From Gemmatimonadaceae bacterium (GTDB lineage: Bacteria; Gemmatimonadota; Gemmatimonadetes; Gemmatimonadales; Gemmatimonadaceae): a DNA stretch of 64,000 nucleotides. The first letter of the stretch is position 1. Every line of letters begins with the position of its first letter. The notes under the pieces are model-generated. The model was given only the letters and a program-made list of their open reading frames with translations, did not search any database and was not told the origin of the DNA. Shown here piece by piece: positions 1-9,024 of the stretch. Location of the stretch: contig JBJMOW010000006.1 of the NCBI GenBank assembly GCA_045803545.1, forward strand, positions 32,001-96,000, read 5' to 3'. The position numbers and the translations under genes were made by a program.

Positions 1-1
1 G

Positions 2-685
2 GGCGCCGCTGAATCCGCCGCGAGACACGTCGTAGGGCGTCGTCACCAGCGAGGTCTGCACGTTCGCGTCGCGTGGCAGATTGGATCCGCTGAAGTTCAT
101 CCCATTCAGCGTCGTATTGTTCTGATCGGGAGAAAGGCCGAGCACGGAGAAGCCCGACGGATCGCCGTCCTGCCCTGGTACCAGCGTCACGCCCGGGAGC
201 GAGGCCGCCATCGCTGCGATGTCGCCCTGCTGATCGGCGGCGACTGCGCTGTTATCGACAGGCCGCTCGCTGCCGCTGATGTCGGGAGTGTAGTCGTTCC
301 GTTCCGGTCGATCGCGTTGACCGACGACTCGCACCGTGTCGAGTACACCGGCTGCACGCTGCAGTCGCGCATCGGCGACGAGAATCTCCTGATCGGCGGT
401 GCGTTTCACTTCGAAACGGCGTGCGCCGTATCCGAGAGCGGAGAAATCGACGAAATAATCGCCTTCGCCGCCGGGAAACGTGATCGTATAGCGCCCGCTC
501 TTGTCGGTGCGAGCGGTGCGATTGACGTTGCCGCTGAGAGATGTCGCCGTGACCTTGGTATTCTCGAGCGGCTGACCGTCGGGGCCAAGTACCTGACCAC
601 GGATCACATCAACGCCCTGCGCGGCAGCTTGATGCGCGCAAATTGCCAGAGCGACAGCGATGAAGATCTTGGGAGCTAAGCGCAT
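2..685 (-). CDS. Carboxypeptidase-regulatory-like domain protein / TonB-dependent receptor-like protein, N-terminal part (runs off window start)
   Basis: Manual translation from ATG at 685: MRLAPKIFIAVALAICAHQAAAQGVDVIRGQVLGPDGQPLENTKVTATS...RTDKSGRYTITF. Signal peptide plus CarboxypepD_reg-like motif. Not in the ORF track because it has no stop in the window. Confidence 0.75.
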   Translation of the reverse strand, partial: MRLAPKIFIAVALAICAHQAAAQGVDVIRGQVLGPDGQPLENTKVTATSLSGNVNRTARTDKSGRYTITFPGGEGDYFVDFSALGYGARRFEVKRTADQEILVADARLQRAAGVLDTVRVVGQRDRPERNDYTPDISGSERPVDNSAVAADQQGDIAAMAASLPGVTLVPGQDGDPSGFSVLGLSPDQNNTTLNGMNFSGSNLPRDANVQTSLVTTPYDVSRGGFSGA

Positions 686-741
686 GACTCTTCCTTTGAC
701 GCCAGCATGTCGCGGAAGGTTGCCGGGTCTAAAGCAACGCG

Positions 742-1029
742 CTACGGGGTAATCGAATCGCCGGGTTTGGGTGGAGTGTGTTTGCCTCGCACTGGAACGA
801 CAGCCGCTCTATCGAGCAGAAGACACAATTCCTTGTCGTTCAACCTTTCCCAGTCTTCGGGATAACGGGCGAGACGGCGGCGCTCCTTTGCCGATTCGAA
901 GCAAAGCCAGCCGTCGCCATACTCGCCGAGATAATCCTCGGCGGCAGTTCTGGGATGGATTGAGGAACGCAGCACCGGCCACACTCTCCACCTGGTGCCA
1001 TCTTCGTCCACGAAGTCCCTCACCGCCAT
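742..1029 (-). CDS. Small hypothetical protein
   Basis: 95 aa ORF with natural composition (RDFVDEDGTRWRVW...GWLCFES...RRRLARYPEDW); GAGGAG RBS upstream. Confidence 0.7.
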   Translation of the reverse strand: MAVRDFVDEDGTRWRVWPVLRSSIHPRTAAEDYLGEYGDGWLCFESAKERRRLARYPEDWERLNDKELCLLLDRAAVVPVRGKHTPPKPGDSITP

Positions 1030-1295
1030 CGGCCGAATCTCCTCGGGATATGACTAGACCTCTGCTGTTGCGAAAATCGTACGCGAAATTCGCGAAGATC
1101 GCGTCAGTCAGGGATTTTGGTTGGCGAACCTGACCCGATACTGGTTTCATCGGGCCATGCGGTCAAGAGCAAACATCCGCTAAGTCACGCTAAGTCGCGC
1201 CAATTCACCGGGTTGGACGGTGTGTGATAGAAAAATGGCGGTGCCGGACACGAAACAGCACTCCGGGCCGGTGGACTTTCGGGCCCGCTCGTACG

Positions 1296-1631
1296 CTAGC
1301 TGACCAAACCCGCCCCACAATTGGAGCAATATTGGGCGTCGGATTCCGGCCGCGGCCCGCATCGCTCGCAAACCGGAAGATTGCCCGCACGCATGACGGC
1401 GACTGCTTGCTCCATGTATCGAGCTTTCAGTGATTCGTAATCGGAGGCAGAGATTTTCCCCGTCTGCTGGTCGAACTCGAGCTCACGCAAGGCGTCGACT
1501 GCGCTTGTCGATTGCACCGGTACTGGCCGCGCGACGCGTCTGATTTGCGCCGGCTCCGCGCGGAAGAGCGGATACAAAACGAAGAGCAGCGATGTAACCG
1601 CCAGCGCGGTGCCGACAAACAGCGCGATCAT
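1296..1631 (-). CDS. Membrane-anchored zinc-ribbon protein, CcmI/CycH-N-like, ccm-associated
   Basis: N-terminal TM helix, LRELEFDQQTGKISASDY (CcmI-like), C-terminal CxxC...CxxC; 4 bp overlap with the ccmH-like gene. Confidence 0.75.
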   Translation of the reverse strand: MIALFVGTALAVTSLLFVLYPLFRAEPAQIRRVARPVPVQSTSAVDALRELEFDQQTGKISASDYESLKARYMEQAVAVMRAGNLPVCERCGPRPESDAQYCSNCGAGLVS

Positions 1632-2194
1632 GCGTCGCGACGAACCGCGGCGTTGATCGCGTCGAGCTCTTCACGGGTAGCGTCGACGTGCGGCGCAACG
1701 CTCGGGACTTGAGGCGCGCGCGATTTCCATCGCTTGAGTAGCGCGCTCACCAACACCGCGCCGGTGGCGAGCGCGACGAACGGCATCGTGTAGCCGACGA
1801 GGTTGAACCCGCTCTTGTTGGGAGCCATCAATACTTTTTCGCCGTACACCGCCCTAAATGCGGCGAGGATCTCCTGCGCGGTGTGACCGCCGGAGACAAG
1901 TCCCATCACGTCGGCGTGCATCGCCGGCGAGACGCTGCAGGAAAAATCGGTGGTGCGGCAGGTGTACACGTCGAGGTTGCAGCCGCACTGGCAGTGGATC
2001 TTATGCTCGAGATCATCGCGCTGCGCGTCGGTCATCGACGGCGATGCATTTGGTTTTGGTGGCAGCGAGACCGGCCGATAAACGTCGTTGGCATCCGCCA
2101 TCGGCCCATTGAAAGTCTGCAATGCCTGAGCGTCGCCCTTCGTGGACAGCAATCCGAGAGCGGGAATCCCCAACAGGAAATCGCGACGATTCAT
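1628..2194 (-). CDS. ccmH: Cytochrome c biogenesis CcmH/CcmL-like protein
   Basis: Cys cluster CQCGC, 'ILAAFRAVYGEKVLMAP' motif followed by a TM helix; directly downstream of ccmF. Confidence 0.75.
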   Translation of the reverse strand: MNRRDFLLGIPALGLLSTKGDAQALQTFNGPMADANDVYRPVSLPPKPNASPSMTDAQRDDLEHKIHCQCGCNLDVYTCRTTDFSCSVSPAMHADVMGLVSGGHTAQEILAAFRAVYGEKVLMAPNKSGFNLVGYTMPFVALATGAVLVSALLKRWKSRAPQVPSVAPHVDATREELDAINAAVRRDA

Positions 2195-4231
2195 TCAGGC
2201 ACCCACAAGATCGGGAACGCCAACCGGCTTAGGCTTCAGGACAGCAGCGTACCCAGCCTGAACTCGGGCCCGATCGGCGGCCGGCCACATCACCACTAGC
2301 CCGCCAATCGCCATCAAGGCTCCGCCAAGCCAGACCCAGCGCACCAGCGGATTGAAAGTCACCCGAATCTCGGCGGATTCCTGACCGCGAACGCCCGCAA
2401 GCACGACGTAGACGTCCTGCTTGAACGATCCCTTGATTCCGACTTCAGTCGACGGCTCGAACGTCGGTGATCCGCGCGAATCGACGTGCTGTCGCTTCTC
2501 GCTGGTGATGACGCCCGCCGGCTTTCCATCGCGGGTGACGTCGAGCGCGATCGCAGTCACGTCGCGATTCAATATCGAATACCGTGAGATTCCCTGGCTC
2601 AGGAAACTCCACTGATGGCCCCAGGCATCGGTAACCGTTTTCGAATCGCCGGCGTTCAGGGTCAAATCGAACTCACGTTTGAAGGCGAGTCCGGCGAAGG
2701 CGGCGAAAATGACAACGACGCCAGCGTGGACGATGTACCCGCCGTAGCGGCGGCGATTACGAGCGACCAGACGCGGCAGCGCGACAAGTCTCGACTCACC
2801 GTACATCTTGTGACGCGCGTTGACGCCCTTGTAGAACTCCTGGACGATAGTCGCCGCAACGAGGCCGCCGAAGGTGTACGACAACAACGCCGCCAGATTG
2901 TGAACGCCCAGCGCAAATACGAGAATCCCTACCGTAGCGGCAACCGCCACCGGAACAAGAAATTGTCGGCGCAGATTGGCCACCGACGCTCGGCGCCACG
3001 CGATCAACGGCCCGATGCCGGTCAACAACAGCAGCAGCAGGCCAAGCGGGATGTTCACCGTATTGAAGAACGGCGGACCGACCGTGATCTTGGTGCCGCG
3101 CACCGCTTCACTGATGATCGGAAACAACGTTCCCCACAGTACCGAAAACGCGATCCCGACAAGAACGAGATTGTTGTAAAGAAAGGCAGCTTCGCGACTC
3201 ACCATGCTCTCGAGCTCGGCGTGCGAGCGGAGATCGTTGAGACGAGTGGACACCAGATACGCAGTGACCGCGATCGAAGCGATGAGAAAAGCGGCGAACC
3301 ATTTGCCGACCGGCGACTGCGCAAAGGAGTGCACGCTCGAGATGACGCCGCTCCGTGTGATGAAGGTGCCGAAAATCGAGAGAAGAAAAGCCGACACAAC
3401 GAGCGTCACGTTCCACTTTCTCAGCATTCCCCGTTTTTCCTGCACCATGATCGAATGCAGGAATGCGGTGTTCACCAGCCATGGCAGCAGCGACGCGTTC
3501 TCGACCGGATCCCACGCCCAGTAGCCGCCCCACCCCAGCTCGACGTACGCCCACCACATCCCGAGCACGATGCCGACGGTGTTGAAGAACCACGCCAGCA
3601 GTGCCCATCGTCTAACCGCCGACAACCATTCAGCATCCAGGCGGCGCGTCAGCAGCGCCGCAATCGCAAACGCGAATGGAATCGAAGTGCCGACGTAGCC
3701 GAGGTAAAGGTTGGGCGGATGAATGGCCATTCCGGGATTCTGCAGCTGCGGATTCAGCCCGCGTCCATCGATCGGAATGAAATCGAGGCGCTCGAACGGG
3801 TTCGAGCCGAAGCAGATGGTGGCGAGGAAGAAAACCAGAATCAGTGCGAGGGTGCCCGTTACGTACGGCATCAGCTCGCGATTGCGCGATCGATTGGTGT
3901 AGAGCGTGATCGCCGAGTAGATCGAGAGAATCAGCGCCCAGAAGAGGAGTGATCCGGACTGCCCGCCCCAGAATGCGGTGATGGTGTATACCGTGGGCAG
4001 ATTGGCGCTGGTGAACGACGCGACGTACTTGATCGAGAAGTCGTGAGTAATGAGAGCGGTCCAGAGACCAATCGAAGCCAGCACCACCATCGCCAGGGTG
4101 GCGTACATCGCGCGCTCGCCGCTCTCGGTCAGATCTGCGCGGCGCATTTGTCCGCCTGCGAATGACACCGTTGCCGACCAGGCCGCCATCAGCAGCGCGA
4201 CCCACAGCGATAGCTCACCTACGAGAATCAT
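2195..4231 (-). CDS. ccmF: Heme lyase CcmF/NrfE subunit
   Basis: WGGYWAWDPVENAS (WWD domain), GLNPQLQ, HPP and SVHSFA motifs; multiple TM helices. Confidence 0.97.
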   Translation of the reverse strand: MILVGELSLWVALLMAAWSATVSFAGGQMRRADLTESGERAMYATLAMVVLASIGLWTALITHDFSIKYVASFTSANLPTVYTITAFWGGQSGSLLFWALILSIYSAITLYTNRSRNRELMPYVTGTLALILVFFLATICFGSNPFERLDFIPIDGRGLNPQLQNPGMAIHPPNLYLGYVGTSIPFAFAIAALLTRRLDAEWLSAVRRWALLAWFFNTVGIVLGMWWAYVELGWGGYWAWDPVENASLLPWLVNTAFLHSIMVQEKRGMLRKWNVTLVVSAFLLSIFGTFITRSGVISSVHSFAQSPVGKWFAAFLIASIAVTAYLVSTRLNDLRSHAELESMVSREAAFLYNNLVLVGIAFSVLWGTLFPIISEAVRGTKITVGPPFFNTVNIPLGLLLLLLTGIGPLIAWRRASVANLRRQFLVPVAVAATVGILVFALGVHNLAALLSYTFGGLVAATIVQEFYKGVNARHKMYGESRLVALPRLVARNRRRYGGYIVHAGVVVIFAAFAGLAFKREFDLTLNAGDSKTVTDAWGHQWSFLSQGISRYSILNRDVTAIALDVTRDGKPAGVITSEKRQHVDSRGSPTFEPSTEVGIKGSFKQDVYVVLAGVRGQESAEIRVTFNPLVRWVWLGGALMAIGGLVVMWPAADRARVQAGYAAVLKPKPVGVPDLVGA

Positions 4232-4249
4232 TCTGTGGTGCGGTTCAGA

Positions 4250-4705
4250 CTACGCGCCCAGTGCAGTGCGCGCCGGTTGCTTGTATCCGGGAGTCTGCTT
4301 GTATTTGTCAGGCGCGTTCTCATACCGCGACGCGCACTTGGCGAGGAGCGTCGTGGCACGGAAGGTGTTGTCGGTGCCGAGCCTGCCTTCGACGACGACA
4401 TCGACACCGTCGGTGAACGTGTCCGGCGTGATGCCGCGATAGACGACGGGAAAGGTTTGCGCACCGTCAGTCATGCGAAAAGCAACTTCGCGCCCACCCG
4501 GGTCCCGCACTATCGAGCCCTTTACCACCCGCGCGCCGACTTTGACCCCGGTGTTATAGAAGGTCGGATCGGATTTCGTCTTTGCCGACAGTTCCTGCGG
4601 CGTGAGGTAATACACGCCGGTGTCGCGGATCGCGCTCGCCGCGAGATAGCCGGCGGTACCGATGACGAGCAGGCCGCCGATGATGAATTTGCTGCGTGGC
4701 TTCAC
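4250..4705 (-). CDS. ccmE: Heme chaperone CcmE, CxxxY variant
   Basis: N-terminal anchor, YYLTP, V..YRGITPDTF..G..VVVEG, LLAKCASRY. GTG start at 4705 chosen over the longer ORF that begins inside the repeat. Confidence 0.9.
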   Translation of the reverse strand: MKPRSKFIIGGLLVIGTAGYLAASAIRDTGVYYLTPQELSAKTKSDPTFYNTGVKVGARVVKGSIVRDPGGREVAFRMTDGAQTFPVVYRGITPDTFTDGVDVVVEGRLGTDNTFRATTLLAKCASRYENAPDKYKQTPGYKQPARTALGA

Positions 4706-4736
4706 AAGCGAAATATAGAGAGGTGGAAGCTGGTAT

Positions 4737-4876
4737 GCCGACCGAGGCCCGCCGACCAAGGGCATCGATCATCGCGGACGAAGTGAGGAGCGATGACAAT
4801 CGAGGATCCTCGATTGTCAGGAATTCTCAATTCGTCAGCAATCATAAATGCCGTTGGTCATCGGGCCTCAGTCGGC
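4737..4876. repeat. ~140 bp imperfect palindromic element, copy 1
   Basis: Ends GCCGACCGAGGCCCG...CGGGCCTCAGTCGGC are inverted; core GCATCGATCATCG.GGACGAA..GAGGAGCGATGACAAT is shared with 10976-11116. Confidence 0.8.
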
Positions 4877-6694
4877 CTTAGCCTTCAGGTGGTCGCCCGC
4901 TCTCCTGTTTCTCCCCGGCACCTTGGCGTCGAGTACCACATCGCGCAGCATCGCGCCGAGCTGCGCCGCAGTGGGGCGCTCCTCCGGCTCCTTCCTCATC
5001 GCGCTGGTTACTGCGATCTCGAGCTTTGGATACGCGTCAGGAATCAGGCTGCTCAGCGGACGGGCTTTCTCCATCGCATGGATCCGCATTAACGACATGT
5101 GACCGCCGCCCTTGCTGGCGGTATCGAATGGGAGTTGCCCGGAAACCATCTCGTAAATCATCACTCCAACGGCATACACATCCGCCCGCCCATCGTACGG
5201 CAGATTGAACACTCGTTCGGGCGCCATATAGGCGGGGGTGCCAAGAAAAACCCCTGACAGCGTGGTCGTTTGCGCGCCGGGCAGCTCGGATTCGTCGGTG
5301 AGCTTCGCGATGCCGAAGTCGATCACCTTCACCACGTGCTCGCCCTCATTGGTCGCGTGCAGGAACACGTTGCTCGGCTTGATGTCGCGATGGACGATGC
5401 CCGCTGCGTGCGCCTGGGCCAGCGCATCGCACACACAGTAAGCAATCTCCGCTGCGCGCAGCTGCGGCAGGCTTCCCACGCGCTTCAGCTCCTGCGCCAG
5501 AGAATGTCCTTCCAGCAATTCCATCACGAGATAGGCGAGGCTGCCCGCTGAGACATCGAAATCGAGCACACTCACAGCGTTCGGGTGATTCACCCGACAC
5601 GCCGAGATTCCCTCGAGACGGAAGCGGTCGAGACTCTCGACGCCTTCACGGCCGACTGCGGGACGGAAAATCTTGATCGCCACCGGATGGTGCAACAGGA
5701 TGTGCTCGCCGCGGTACACTGTGCCGAATCCACCAGACCCGATCTTGACGCCGATGCGGTACTTCTCGTCGAGGACGTGACCCGGCAGTGCTTCAGACAA
5801 CGCCGAGAAAATCTGCTCGGTCCGTTTGGCAGTTCTGACGTTCTCGGCGCGCGATTCGGCGAGTAACTGATTCTTCATCACGAGCTCGGCGTTTTTCCGC
5901 TCGAGCTCGTCGGTGCGCAGCGATATCAGCCGGCGTTGCAGGAAGTGGCCGCGTGCGTAGCGCCACATCGAGTAGTTGGCAACAAATCCGAGCACAGCCA
6001 TGCCAAGCAAAAATCCGGTATTGCTGCCGACAATTGTCGGCGGCTGTTGATGTATCAACACCGCGGCAATTGGATAAATCGCAATGGTGGATAGCGCGAT
6101 CGCGATCCCGTAGGGCACGCTCAGTCGCACCAGCGCGAACGCATAGACGATCACCATGAACAGCCCGATGTCGTAAAGGCTGCTCAAGGGCTGCGGTGTG
6201 ATCGCCGCCATCCAGACTATGCCGACCTGGGCGATGATGATGACACCCGTCAGCGCCAGGTCGCGGAAGCGTTTGAAGTGCCGACTGTAACTGAACCAGA
6301 GCGCGAGCATCGCTGCGGGCGCTACGACGAGATAGTGAATCATCCAGATGGTGGTTCGCTGCAATGGCGCTAGCCAGAAATCGACGATGCCATAGACGCC
6401 GTACAGCACCGCACCGACGACGAGCGCCAGTCGCACCTGCGTCAGCGTGCGCATGAAATATTCTTCCTGAAATTCGCGCTCCAGATCCCCGTCCTCAAAC
6501 CGCAGGGTGACGGGATGCATCCCGACATCGATATCGCCGTCGGCCGCGTTGTCAAAACGCAGCCAGTCTTCGCGAATCGCCGTAATCGGACGTGACCCGC
6601 TCGAGAAGAGCGAAGGCGCCGGCGGTTTCACCGGCGGCCGGTAGTCCAGCGTCATCGATTCGGTTGTGTCGCGTTCAGTTGTGACCAGACTCAT
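4868..6694 (-). CDS. Membrane-bound Ser/Thr protein kinase with ~6-TM N-terminal domain and coiled coil
   Basis: GSGGFGTVY, VAIK, HRDIKPSN, DFG, GTPAYMAPE; hydrophobic helices precede the kinase. Start uncertain (6655/6694/6793). Confidence 0.9.
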   Translation of the reverse strand: MSLVTTERDTTESMTLDYRPPVKPPAPSLFSSGSRPITAIREDWLRFDNAADGDIDVGMHPVTLRFEDGDLEREFQEEYFMRTLTQVRLALVVGAVLYGVYGIVDFWLAPLQRTTIWMIHYLVVAPAAMLALWFSYSRHFKRFRDLALTGVIIIAQVGIVWMAAITPQPLSSLYDIGLFMVIVYAFALVRLSVPYGIAIALSTIAIYPIAAVLIHQQPPTIVGSNTGFLLGMAVLGFVANYSMWRYARGHFLQRRLISLRTDELERKNAELVMKNQLLAESRAENVRTAKRTEQIFSALSEALPGHVLDEKYRIGVKIGSGGFGTVYRGEHILLHHPVAIKIFRPAVGREGVESLDRFRLEGISACRVNHPNAVSVLDFDVSAGSLAYLVMELLEGHSLAQELKRVGSLPQLRAAEIAYCVCDALAQAHAAGIVHRDIKPSNVFLHATNEGEHVVKVIDFGIAKLTDESELPGAQTTTLSGVFLGTPAYMAPERVFNLPYDGRADVYAVGVMIYEMVSGQLPFDTASKGGGHMSLMRIHAMEKARPLSSLIPDAYPKLEIAVTSAMRKEPEERPTAAQLGAMLRDVVLDAKVPGRNRRAGDHLKAKAD

Positions 6695-6997
6695 CGACTC
6701 TCGGGTGGCGCGTATTGCGGCGCGAAAAGAATGGCGTCGGACGCGGACGCGCGCAACCAGATGTTCAGGGTCTACGTCACGTGACGTATTCAACGCGCGT
6801 CGAGGTCGCGCGAGGTTCTACCAACGCTACGGCCTAAACCGCTTGCGCGCCCAATAAACCAGAAACCGCAGGGACAGCGACGATGACTCCGAGTCCGACG
6901 AAGGCAGAGATTACCTGGCGCGTCTGGCTAACGGGATTTCTGCGCACCTGTTCGAGTATCGCGATCGCGGCCGCAGTAAGCGTATTGACCACACGCA

Positions 6998-7360
6998 CTA
7001 CCTTATAGTATGCGCGACGAGCGCTGCGCCGGCCGCGGTGCCGATCGCGTCCCACGTCAGATCGCGAACGCTGAACAGGTTGCCCGGGACGCGCATATCG
7101 TGGAGCTCGCGACCGAGGCCGACAGCCATCGAAAAGCCGATTGCACCCGCCATCGCGGAACTGTGATTGGCGCGCCCGAGCTGGAGCGCGCTGTACGAGA
7201 CACTGGTGAGGAATGCAGACATGAAGAAGTGTTTGACTTTGTCGATCCCGAACCACGGGTCCGGATGCGACGACTTCTTCACGCCTTGCGCAACCAACGC
7301 GTTACTTGCGAGCACAAGTCCGACGGCCACGCCGCAAGCGACACGCTGGGATCGGGTCAA
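6998..7360 (-). CDS. YfiM/DUF2279-like small membrane or exported protein
   Basis: DPWFGIDKVKHF...S, G.GRE.HD, FSVRDLTWDAIG pattern. Confidence 0.75.
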   Translation of the reverse strand: MTRSQRVACGVAVGLVLASNALVAQGVKKSSHPDPWFGIDKVKHFFMSAFLTSVSYSALQLGRANHSSAMAGAIGFSMAVGLGRELHDMRVPGNLFSVRDLTWDAIGTAAGAALVAHTIR

Positions 7361-7854
7361 CGGCGTCTCAACGTGATCTCGCCGGCTGGAATGCCACCCG
7401 GGTCGATGCCATAGATGCGAGGAAATAGCCAGACGGCGTAGCGCCCGTTTGGCAATGAATCACCGAGCACATCGAGCGCGCTGAATCCGATGAACCGTGA
7501 TGTCACTCTCGCACGCGGACCCAGCAATGCCTCGAGCTCGAACGGAACGCACGCGGGCGACGTGAAATCCCTGCGCATCTGCCGGATCGAATCCATAACC
7601 GCGTAGTCCCAGCTTCCGTGGTACGCGCCAGCCACACTCGACACCTGGGTCAGTCTCACCGTATTCCTCGGTGGACATTTCATGAACCCGACATCGCGCG
7701 CGCGATTCAGCTCATTGACGATGGTGAGCCTCGTGATGATCGAATCCCCACTGCGCTCGACCGCACCGAGCACTCGCGTTCCCGTCGCCGGCTCTGGCCT
7801 CCCCGTATGACAAGCCAGCGCGATCACGCATCCAACCAGAGCCAGCGCTCTCAC
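7357..7854 (-). CDS. Hypothetical lipoprotein
   Basis: GTG at 7854 overlaps the topoisomerase stop (GTGA); signal-like VRALALVGCVIALAC. Confidence 0.6.
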   Translation of the reverse strand: MRALALVGCVIALACHTGRPEPATGTRVLGAVERSGDSIITRLTIVNELNRARDVGFMKCPPRNTVRLTQVSSVAGAYHGSWDYAVMDSIRQMRRDFTSPACVPFELEALLGPRARVTSRFIGFSALDVLGDSLPNGRYAVWLFPRIYGIDPGGIPAGEITLRRR

Positions 7855-8864
7855 TCGCGCCTCAGCTCCTTGCGCCGCTCCGGAAAATATTCGTCGAGAA
7901 ACGTGATCAGCGCCTCTTCCTCCGGCGCGTGGCCGACTCCATTCGAGGACACGAGATGCTTTGGCAGGGCGATGGTGGTGCCGCTCCGCAGATATTTCAT
8001 CACCACCACTGGGTGCACGTATGATTTCCGCGCGATCGCTGGCGTATTGCCCAATTCTGCAGCGACGAGGCGAACCGCTGTAACCACATTCTTCTTTCGC
8101 TCGTTCTGGCTCTTTCCCTTCCCCAGCTCGGCCAGCACAGTCGCGGCGCGTAACGTTCCGCCCCACGTGCGGAAATCCTTCGCCGTATATGGAAACTCCG
8201 CGATCTTCTCGATGTAGTCGTTCACGTCCAGCGAATCGACGTTCTGCCATTTGCCCTCCGCATCGAGATAACGAAAAAGCCTGGGGCCGGGCGTCTTCAA
8301 TAGCGCGGAGACGAATCGGGCCAGGTCTTTAGCGACGACAACGTTCCTTTGCGTGATCGAGCGCTTGCCCCTGTACTCGAATTCAACGGTATCGCGTACC
8401 ACCTTCACGTGAGACTTCCGCATCGTAGTGATGCCGAAGGTGTTGTTCTCCTTCTGATAGCGCTCGCTCCCTACGCGAAAGAACCCGTGCGCAATCAAAC
8501 TGACGATCCCCGCGCAGACTTTCTCCTGGCCGAGTCCTCGGCGGCGGAAGTCGCGGTTGATCCGCGCGCGCAGGCGAGGTAGGTCACGCGCCATCTGCCG
8601 CACGCGATAGTATTTGCGCAGCTCGCCCTTCTCGACGGCGCGGGGATGATACTTGTACTGCTTGCGTCCCCGATCGTCGAAGCCCCACACCTGAATGGCA
8701 GCGCGCGGATTGGTCGAGACGTGCACATCTCGCCAGGCCGGAGGAATGCGCAGCGCGTCGATTCGCTCAAGCAGCGCACGATCCTTCACGACCGTTCCAG
8801 TCGGCGATTTATAGCGGAACCCCTTCGCTTTCGAGCCGTCGCGTACAATCCACTTCTGCGCCAT
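7851..8864 (-). CDS. Bacterial DNA topoisomerase IB
   Basis: LRIPPAW, GRKQYKYH, FRVG, KDFRTW, LGNTPAIARKSYVHP (catalytic Tyr). Confidence 0.95.
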   Translation of the reverse strand: MAQKWIVRDGSKAKGFRYKSPTGTVVKDRALLERIDALRIPPAWRDVHVSTNPRAAIQVWGFDDRGRKQYKYHPRAVEKGELRKYYRVRQMARDLPRLRARINRDFRRRGLGQEKVCAGIVSLIAHGFFRVGSERYQKENNTFGITTMRKSHVKVVRDTVEFEYRGKRSITQRNVVVAKDLARFVSALLKTPGPRLFRYLDAEGKWQNVDSLDVNDYIEKIAEFPYTAKDFRTWGGTLRAATVLAELGKGKSQNERKKNVVTAVRLVAAELGNTPAIARKSYVHPVVVMKYLRSGTTIALPKHLVSSNGVGHAPEEEALITFLDEYFPERRKELRRE

Positions 8865-8907
8865 TTACCTCCGCACCCGTCCAACCATTCTGCATAGATT
8901 TGAGCAG

Positions 8908-8980
8908 TCCCGCTTCCGCTTCCCGCTTCCCGCTTCCCGCTTCCCGCTTCCCGCTTCCCGCTTCCCGCTTCCCGCTTCCC
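8908..8980. repeat. Heptamer tandem repeat (TCCCGCT)n, about 10 units
   Basis: Read directly; lies in the divergent intergenic region. Confidence 0.95.
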
Positions 8981-9024
8981 TCATCCCGCAGATTTCCGGC
9001 AAATCTACCGACTAACACATCCCG

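Noticed and set aside
1120..1225. Hairpin (TGACC/CCCGAT...ATCGGG/GGTCA) followed by GCAAA, loosely like a c-di-GMP-I riboswitch or SRP RNA
   Set aside because: Consensus motifs are incomplete, and the + orientation has no downstream gene to regulate; would need an Rfam scan.
2615..3952. 445 aa + strand ORF
   Set aside because: Antisense shadow of ccmF, typical of high-GC DNA; no recognisable motifs.
7357..8250. 297 aa ORF as given in the track
   Set aside because: The N-terminal part overlaps topoisomerase IB in another frame; the real start is probably GTG 7854.
8908..8980. Possible CRISPR array
   Set aside because: 7-bp tandem units without spacers; no cas genes.
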